From: a virus
Taxonomy: Duplodnaviria; Heunggongvirae; Uroviricota; Caudoviricetes
Reading direction: 5' to 3' (one strand)
IMG/VR virus record: IMGVR_UViG_3300031707_004017
Length of the DNA stretch: 43,064 nucleotides
Each line of letters starts with the position of its first letter. Position 1 is the first letter of the stretch. The notes under the pieces were generated by a model. That model saw nothing but the letters and a program-made list of their open reading frames with translations, searched no databases and was not told the origin of the DNA. Positions 36,779-43,064 of the stretch are shown here, piece by piece. Made by a program: the position numbers and the translations under genes.

Positions 36779-37887
36779 AGAAAAATTGGATTGTTAGCTG
36801 CATCAACGACCTGATAATGATTTAAATAAGCGTTAATATGATCGAACCTATCACAAAATTTACATTGAGAAAACTTTTTATCGCAGTTCATAAACGCGTC
36901 TAAAACTTCGAGGTATTTATCGCTTTCATATATTTGCCGTAAATTATTTTCATTAATATTTCCAATTACGAATTTAGTCTGTTGATTGTCTATTGAAAAT
37001 ACGGGCTCGTACATGTAACAACATGGAAACACATTTCCATCAGACGCTATTAATCCGAATATTTTTGGAATATAGCATGAATGATATTCATAATTGATTA
37101 AAGTATCGTAATGTTTATACACATTATCTAAGTTTATTTTCTTATCAAGTTGTAATGTCGCACTTTTAGGATGACCAAAAATCTTTGACATTTCTAACGA
37201 AATAATGATCATCAAATTAGTTTTATAATCCTCATTAGGACCATAAAAAGAATGTAATTTATTTATAATATCTCTCGAAAGCCAAAAATATATCTCAGTG
37301 TCAATATCGTTCTCAATTAAAAAATCTACTAAATTATCAGCAAAATTACACTTATTATAATCATGTATTGTTACATTTAGTCGTGTTTTACATTGCGTTT
37401 TCTCGTTCTCTTTTAATAATGTTTTTAAATTATTTGTCCACTGCTCAAACATATCGACACCGCGAGTTTTAGCATAATTTTCTGCCGTAAATCCATCAGT
37501 TGAAAATCTTATCCAACTGCAATCTCCTGATAATGACTCCCAGTCTAATGATGCGCATGCTAATCCAGATGTTATTATACCTATATTAAGACCATGCACT
37601 TGTTTTAGTTCACGAACGACACTTTCGATTTCAGGATAAAGCAATGGTTCACCGCCTGAGAAAACAATAGATTGTAGAGAATCAAAGTATTCTAAATAAG
37701 GTAATACATTCTTTAACAAAATATTTTTATCAATTTTTGTTTTAACCGGCCATTTCCAGTGGTCGCAACCTTTACACTTACAGACACAATAATCAGTGAG
37801 ATCAATTTGCAATGTCATTAGACATTGATTAGCTATCTTAATTCTATCAGCATAAGCTCTCAGTTTTTGTTCAGCTGCTAATTTCAT
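36775..37887 (-). CDS. Radical SAM protein with SPASM/twitch domain
   Basis: CxxxCxxC (CVCKCKGC), FSGGEPLL, C-terminal C...GNVFPCC...IGNI...C..C. Confidence 0.9.
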   Translation of the reverse strand: MKLAAEQKLRAYADRIKIANQCLMTLQIDLTDYCVCKCKGCDHWKWPVKTKIDKNILLKNVLPYLEYFDSLQSIVFSGGEPLLYPEIESVVRELKQVHGLNIGIITSGLACASLDWESLSGDCSWIRFSTDGFTAENYAKTRGVDMFEQWTNNLKTLLKENEKTQCKTRLNVTIHDYNKCNFADNLVDFLIENDIDTEIYFWLSRDIINKLHSFYGPNEDYKTNLMIIISLEMSKIFGHPKSATLQLDKKINLDNVYKHYDTLINYEYHSCYIPKIFGLIASDGNVFPCCYMYEPVFSIDNQQTKFVIGNINENNLRQIYESDKYLEVLDAFMNCDKKFSQCKFCDRFDHINAYLNHYQVVDAANNPIFL

Positions 37888-38420
37888 TATTCATCCTTGT
37901 TGCAAAAGCCCATTACAACATCAATTACTGCTGATTGATTAAATTTACCCGTGTCAATAATAATTGATTTTATTAAAGTAGCATTTTGTGCTTTATCAAA
38001 CAATGTTGTTAATAATTCAAAATCTTCTTTATTGTAAACTTGATTTTTTTCGCTTAATCTACCACAAATAATATCGTAATCACATGTTAAAAATACCATT
38101 TTAACATTGCATTTTGATAACGCAGTATCAATCATTCTAAAATTTTTAAAAGCTTCTACTTCGCTAGCCTGTCTAATGGCAACACTATAAGCATACTCTG
38201 ACACATGTAATCTATCAAATAAAATATTGTCTGTCACGGTCTTTGCAAACCATGTCACGCAACAATTTACACCAAAAGAAAAATCTGTTACTTGAGAATT
38301 CTTAGCGCTTATTAGTTCTGGAAATGATCTTCGGCATGTAAAAGTCTTAAAATAAGATTGTAATGCTTCAACTAGTGTTGTTTTACCAGTATTGTGGATT
38401 CCTTCAATTATCAATAACAT
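37887..38420 (-). CDS. Thymidylate/dNMP kinase-like P-loop protein
   Basis: IIEGIHNTGKTT P-loop and FDRLHVSEYAY motif. Confidence 0.8.
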   Translation of the reverse strand: MLLIIEGIHNTGKTTLVEALQSYFKTFTCRRSFPELISAKNSQVTDFSFGVNCCVTWFAKTVTDNILFDRLHVSEYAYSVAIRQASEVEAFKNFRMIDTALSKCNVKMVFLTCDYDIICGRLSEKNQVYNKEDFELLTTLFDKAQNATLIKSIIIDTGKFNQSAVIDVVMGFCNKDE

Positions 38421-38467
38421 TATTATGCCTCAATTACATCTTTTACTGAAAAAATCGTCATGTTCAC

Positions 38468-38499
38468 AAAAAAAGACCCTGATTTATTATCATGGTCTT
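38468..38499 (-). terminator. Rho-independent terminator
   Basis: AAGACC(A)TGAT-aataa-ATCA(G)GGTCTT followed by a U-run on the minus strand. Confidence 0.65.
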
Positions 38500-38503
38500 A
38501 AAT

Positions 38504-40144
38504 TCACATTAAATCAATTTCTATAAAATCAACAATATCAAAAGCATCTACTGCAATAGCGCTACCACTATGTTTAAATACTTCTTCAACAAAATTTAAA
38601 TTAACATCATATCGTAAAATTGTCAATAAATCATTATTATATATCAATAACTTAGAATTAATTGTCTCCTTTAATCCCGATATGGCTTTCGCAATAATAT
38701 CTGAATCACCGACATTTTCAAATGTAGAATCTACTTTTATTAATTGTGAACCAGTATTTAAATAAATATATCCATTTGAATGTTTAATCATTCCAAAATA
38801 TCTTACTGAATCTTGACCTGTAATTGATTGATTAGTAAACGACGAAAATGAATTTACTGTTTCAGTCGTTTTATAAATGTCATTGCCAAGACCACACACT
38901 AAAAATTCATTACTATTAAACCCTCTACATATTGCAGTTGGCATTAATCCATTTATCATTTTTCCCAAATAATCACTAACTTTTTTACTGGTAAATCCAT
39001 CATTATCGTATCCTAAACGTTCAAGTTTCATGTCCCAAAAATTTGCAGTTACCCTTAAAACATATAAATCAGTCGTTGCACTATCATAATAAATCAAATA
39101 CGGTCTATCATTCATCGTCAATGCGGTATCATAGCTATATATAAAATTAAGTTGTTTATCGAATCTAATCACTTTGTTATTTTTATAATCGCAAACAAAT
39201 ATGTTTGCACCGTCAGTCGTTACACTCGATGGAAATCTTAACCTTCCAGCCTCACCGTAAATACCATAATATTCTCCATCAAATATTGCGGGCGCCACAT
39301 TAGAGTCTAACCTCTTAATAACGTGCCTATTTATTCGTTGGACTAAAAATAATCGATAATTACTGACGTCAAAATAAAACGCACCGATGCCCGCAGCTGT
39401 CGATCTTAAATTTCCAAATAAATCAAATTCATAATTTGTAAAAGACCCTGTAGCAGTAATTGTTATTCCCGTCCCTAAATCAGAATATTTCCAAGAATCT
39501 TTAACTGCACTCCATAATGGCCACGTCGGCGGTATCCAACTAAACTGACAATTAACAATACTACTCACGCTGCTCCAAGCCGATAATGGTCTATTAAATA
39601 CAGAATTTCTAAATTCGTTTCCTCTATTAACATTTGAATTAACTTCTAACATGCTATCCCTAAAATTTAATCCATTGAGGATAGTTTGTGGTGTTGAACC
39701 ATCAACATCGATTGAATCACACCTGGCAATACAACCTTTGAAATAAATGTTAATAGCATTACCTAATGTACTACTAATAATTATTTGTTGGTCGACAATA
39801 AAATGTACATCATAAAAATTATAACTTCTAACAGAGCCCGCGCCTTGAATAATTATATTAGTAGCTGATACAATACCACCAGAAAGTGACCATGAATTTG
39901 AAAATGCCGCAATAGTTCCTGTTATCGTCAACACATTCATGCGCCAAGCACCGAATGCGCTTAAACTCCACGGTAATAATATTTTATCAGCTAAATATAG
40001 CACTCTAGTACTATCATCTCTAATACCTCGACAATAATATGTTCCGGCAGGACCATTAACAAAATCTAACCATCCCATTGGATTATTAACATCATTTGGG
40101 AGAAATGTATTACTATCTATGTCAAAGTTGACATAATATAACAT
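38504..40144 (-). CDS. Putative virion surface protein: beta-helix-like N-half plus NHL/beta-propeller-like C-half
   Basis: NHL-like LRFPSSVTTDGANIFVCDYKNNKVIRF; C-terminal ~285 aa clearly paralogous to part of the upstream protein. Confidence 0.6.
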   Translation of the reverse strand: MLYYVNFDIDSNTFLPNDVNNPMGWLDFVNGPAGTYYCRGIRDDSTRVLYLADKILLPWSLSAFGAWRMNVLTITGTIAAFSNSWSLSGGIVSATNIIIQGAGSVRSYNFYDVHFIVDQQIIISSTLGNAINIYFKGCIARCDSIDVDGSTPQTILNGLNFRDSMLEVNSNVNRGNEFRNSVFNRPLSAWSSVSSIVNCQFSWIPPTWPLWSAVKDSWKYSDLGTGITITATGSFTNYEFDLFGNLRSTAAGIGAFYFDVSNYRLFLVQRINRHVIKRLDSNVAPAIFDGEYYGIYGEAGRLRFPSSVTTDGANIFVCDYKNNKVIRFDKQLNFIYSYDTALTMNDRPYLIYYDSATTDLYVLRVTANFWDMKLERLGYDNDGFTSKKVSDYLGKMINGLMPTAICRGFNSNEFLVCGLGNDIYKTTETVNSFSSFTNQSITGQDSVRYFGMIKHSNGYIYLNTGSQLIKVDSTFENVGDSDIIAKAISGLKETINSKLLIYNNDLLTILRYDVNLNFVEEVFKHSGSAIAVDAFDIVDFIEIDLM

Positions 40145-40145
40145 G

Positions 40146-43064
40146 CTATACTACTTTCCATGAAATATGACCGGAACCAGAAATACTATTCCAAGCCGTC
40201 GTGTCAAACCATGTTTTATCTGAGTATCCATAAGCATAAAACGTATCAATTTCACTGTCGCTTAAAAGGTCTGCAAATACATATGCATCATAATATTTAC
40301 CTTCAGCTCGAGGTGCTGTCTTGCCACCAATCGATAACGTCGCATTACTTCCACCTGTCGGATTGTCTGAATACGTAAACGAATAAACAGAACCATTATC
40401 GACTCTAATGTCATATTGTTTTAATGTCGCATTACGACGAACCATTAGCATGTGTGTCAAACTATCACGGGGAAATACGACAGGCGTAGTTTGCGATGTT
40501 AAAATTCCCGAACCATTTTCGTGCATTATCGTGATATTACCGGGATTAGTCGTCTGGATCCCATACAAGATATTATCGGCTTCTAATCCGCTTGAAAGAT
40601 TGCCTGAACAGTCTAGCATCCAGCCGTTCGAACTGGGAACACCATCCCATTTGTGCCAAATGATAACGGTTAAATCTCCCGTAATTCTTAAATCATAAAC
40701 GTGTATAGGCGCTGCCTCAACTCTTCCAGTTTCGCCTGTAATCAATAATAAAGAACTATCACCAACTAATTCAAGACCTGAAAAATTGATTAATTGTATT
40801 CTATTAATTGCGCTATAAACTTGAGTTGCAAAATTTGGTGAAAATCCCGTCGAATGAGCTGGTTCATCAAATGTTGCCCAGAATGGAAAAGTACCACGAC
40901 TAATATAATTATTTAAAATGCTTTCTATATCACGAGGTAATCCTATATAATTAGCAGTAACATCAAATACATCATAAAAAGATGTAGCAATTGTATTGCC
41001 AGAATCTTTATAAAGTTCGTTTGCAAAATTCATGTCAGAATCAAGAGCTATTAATGCCTGTATATCAGCATTATATGTTAATATTTCACCCGTGCGATGA
41101 TCTTCTTTTAGTCCGTATAAAACTTTCGATACGTAATTTGAATCACCAATATTTACAAACGTAGAGTTTGATCTTATAATCTGTGTGCCAATATTTAAAT
41201 ATAAGTCGCCATTTGAATGTTTTATAATTCCCCTAAAATATTGGATATCTTCACCGATTATATACTTTTCTGTCGCAGACGTAAAAGTCGTCAATGACTC
41301 AATAGTACTATAAATAACATGTCTAATTCCTGTAATCAAAATTTCATTAGGTAAATAGCCTTTACAAATACCATTTGGTTTATAAGTTAAATCATTTCGA
41401 ATTAATCGTCTATTAATGCCTAATACGTCGCTTGAATATTTTACGTCAGTTAAATCTGTCGAACATTTTTCGACGCCGAGATACATATACAAATCATCGC
41501 CCTCAATTGAATGATATCTGACACCTGTAAAATATAGACATCTAGTATCATAATCAAACATTATGGCGCAAGGTTTACCGATAGTTGTTGCCGTACTGAG
41601 TTGCCCGATATAAAGTAAATTCTTATTTAATTTCACGATTCTCATATTTTCAAAATCGCAAATATACACATTATTTAAAAAATCTACAGTTATACCAGAA
41701 GGATAATTCAAACCTGTTGATCCACCACCTGGAACAGTAAACATACCAAAATAATTATTATCATATATTACGGGCACTATTTCAGCATCTAATTGTTTTA
41801 CAACATGTCTATTAGTTCTTAATGTCGCAAATATTTTCTTATAACTAATGTCAATATTAGTAATAGTTAAATAATTAGTTTTGACCTCAGTGTCACTTAA
41901 TAAACCTTTAGATGCTATTAACGTAACAGTTATAGATCCCTGAGAATTGTATACATGAGTAGGATTCTGAGTAGTATCATGAGGCGATCCATCACCGAAA
42001 TCCCAATCCCAACTCGTTGGCACACCGACAGATGTGTCTGTAAAATTAACAATTAATGGAACAGTACCGACAAGCGGCGATCCAATAAAATCTGCGACTA
42101 TATTTGAAGTGATATAATTAGTTTTCGTTTCAATATCAGAAAATAATCCTCTAGTTGCTATTAAAATGACTGTATAGATTCCAGCTTCTGTATATGTATG
42201 GCTCGGATTTTGAGTAGTATCATGGGGCGACCCATCACCAAAATCCCAATCCCAACTCGTCGGCACGCCTGATGATAAATCCGTAAAATTAACTATCAAT
42301 GGCGTATTACCAATAGTTGTACTTGCAGAAAAATTAGCCAAAATATTAACGGTAATGTAATCTGTTTTTGTTTCAGTATCAAAACTAAAACCGTTAGCTG
42401 CCGTTAAACTAACAGTATAATTATCAGCTATAGTGTACGTGTGACTTGGACTTTGTATTGTAGAATGAAGTGATCCATCACCAAAGTCCCAATCCCAAGA
42501 TATCGGCGTTCCTGTAGAAAGATCTGTAAAATTAACAAGGAGACTTGCATCACCCGACATGGGCACTGCACTAAAATCTGCAGCAACGACTTCGATGACA
42601 AACAAACTTTGAGTTGCAGACCAATCAGATTCTAATGCTGCATCATCAATTCTAGCTTTTACTCTGTAATAATAAGTAAAATTTCCATCAGTTATCGTAT
42701 CATTTATATCAGTCAATGATCCCCTATAAACTTCTGTCGGTGTGAGAAAAAGAGGATCTTCTTTTGACCGTTGTAAAATATACGTATCGACACCTGTAAT
42801 AGTATCCCATATTAAATGAACAGTCATCGTCGACGGCACTTGTTCAATCGTCGTTATTTGTGGAATTTCAAATGTGTATTCATCTTCTTCTACATTAGAC
42901 GGTGATGCAACATTTATTGTAGAAATAAAAAATTGTGCCGGTGATGATATTAAATCAGCGCCTAAATCTTCTAATCTTGTCGTGTTCCAATAAAAATTAG
43001 ACGCTGTGTAATCAATTACCGTCGATTTTACATTTTGATACACCAACAAATCGAGTGTTTTTGG
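40146..43064 (-). CDS. Large putative adhesin/receptor-binding protein (5'-truncated): FN3, 3x PKD, NHL/beta-propeller-like, LamG/ConA-like C-terminus
   Basis: Frame open to the window end (PKTLDLLVYQ...); three SWDWDFGDG PKD units (~41860-42590); YYYRVKA FN3 (~42610-42860); LNYPSGITVD NHL; DLTVIIWHKW...LSIGG LamG-like. Confidence 0.8.
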   Translation of the reverse strand, partial: PKTLDLLVYQNVKSTVIDYTASNFYWNTTRLEDLGADLISSPAQFFISTINVASPSNVEEDEYTFEIPQITTIEQVPSTMTVHLIWDTITGVDTYILQRSKEDPLFLTPTEVYRGSLTDINDTITDGNFTYYYRVKARIDDAALESDWSATQSLFVIEVVAADFSAVPMSGDASLLVNFTDLSTGTPISWDWDFGDGSLHSTIQSPSHTYTIADNYTVSLTAANGFSFDTETKTDYITVNILANFSASTTIGNTPLIVNFTDLSSGVPTSWDWDFGDGSPHDTTQNPSHTYTEAGIYTVILIATRGLFSDIETKTNYITSNIVADFIGSPLVGTVPLIVNFTDTSVGVPTSWDWDFGDGSPHDTTQNPTHVYNSQGSITVTLIASKGLLSDTEVKTNYLTITNIDISYKKIFATLRTNRHVVKQLDAEIVPVIYDNNYFGMFTVPGGGSTGLNYPSGITVDFLNNVYICDFENMRIVKLNKNLLYIGQLSTATTIGKPCAIMFDYDTRCLYFTGVRYHSIEGDDLYMYLGVEKCSTDLTDVKYSSDVLGINRRLIRNDLTYKPNGICKGYLPNEILITGIRHVIYSTIESLTTFTSATEKYIIGEDIQYFRGIIKHSNGDLYLNIGTQIIRSNSTFVNIGDSNYVSKVLYGLKEDHRTGEILTYNADIQALIALDSDMNFANELYKDSGNTIATSFYDVFDVTANYIGLPRDIESILNNYISRGTFPFWATFDEPAHSTGFSPNFATQVYSAINRIQLINFSGLELVGDSSLLLITGETGRVEAAPIHVYDLRITGDLTVIIWHKWDGVPSSNGWMLDCSGNLSSGLEADNILYGIQTTNPGNITIMHENGSGILTSQTTPVVFPRDSLTHMLMVRRNATLKQYDIRVDNGSVYSFTYSDNPTGGSNATLSIGGKTAPRAEGKYYDAYVFADLLSDSEIDTFYAYGYSDKTWFDTTAWNSISGSGHISWKVV

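Larger units (their letters stand above)
1..43064 (-). mobile_element. Segment of a large tailed dsDNA bacteriophage (Caudoviricetes) genome
   Basis: Terminase, portal, protease, scaffold, decoration and capsid genes in canonical order; one-strand gene orientation; phage-carried gyrase, TopA, sigma factor and DnaJ; no rRNA or ribosomal-protein genes. Bacterial host inferred from sigma70, gyrase and SD motifs. Confidence 0.9.

Noticed and set aside
1-43064. Alternative genetic code (stop-codon recoding as in some large phages)
   Set aside because: Long, complete, tightly packed ORFs under the standard bacterial code. The one apparent break (gyrB) is explained by the split intein.

Overview
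The window is a 43-kb piece of a large (jumbo-type) tailed dsDNA bacteriophage genome. It is AT-rich, and essentially all credible genes are on the minus strand, often with overlapping start/stop codons and Shine-Dalgarno motifs. In transcription direction (high to low coordinates) it contains: (1) two large putative virion surface/adhesin proteins (FN3, 3x PKD, NHL/beta-propeller-like and LamG-like parts); (2) a coupled dNMP kinase / radical SAM-SPASM / family-4 uracil-DNA glycosylase cluster; (3) a topoisomerase cluster of gyrB, gyrA and topA; (4) a sigma70-family factor directly upstream of a canonical head module (terminase large subunit, portal, SWIM protein, prohead protease, acidic scaffold, decoration protein, HK97-fold major capsid protein); (5) DnaJ, a degenerate dTDP-glucose-dehydratase-like gene and two very long Gly-X-Y collagen-like proteins. 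The most notable observation is that gyrB is fractured into two ORFs carrying the N- and C-halves of an apparently natural split intein (EGD|CFKGD... / ...VVHN|SAGG). A small Zn-ribbon gene lies between the halves, bracketed by a 10-bp inverted repeat. gyrA carries a cis-intein with an HNH endonuclease motif inside the quinolone-resistance-determining region, at a site different from the mycobacterial GyrA intein site. All family assignments come from motif recognition by eye; no database searches were run.
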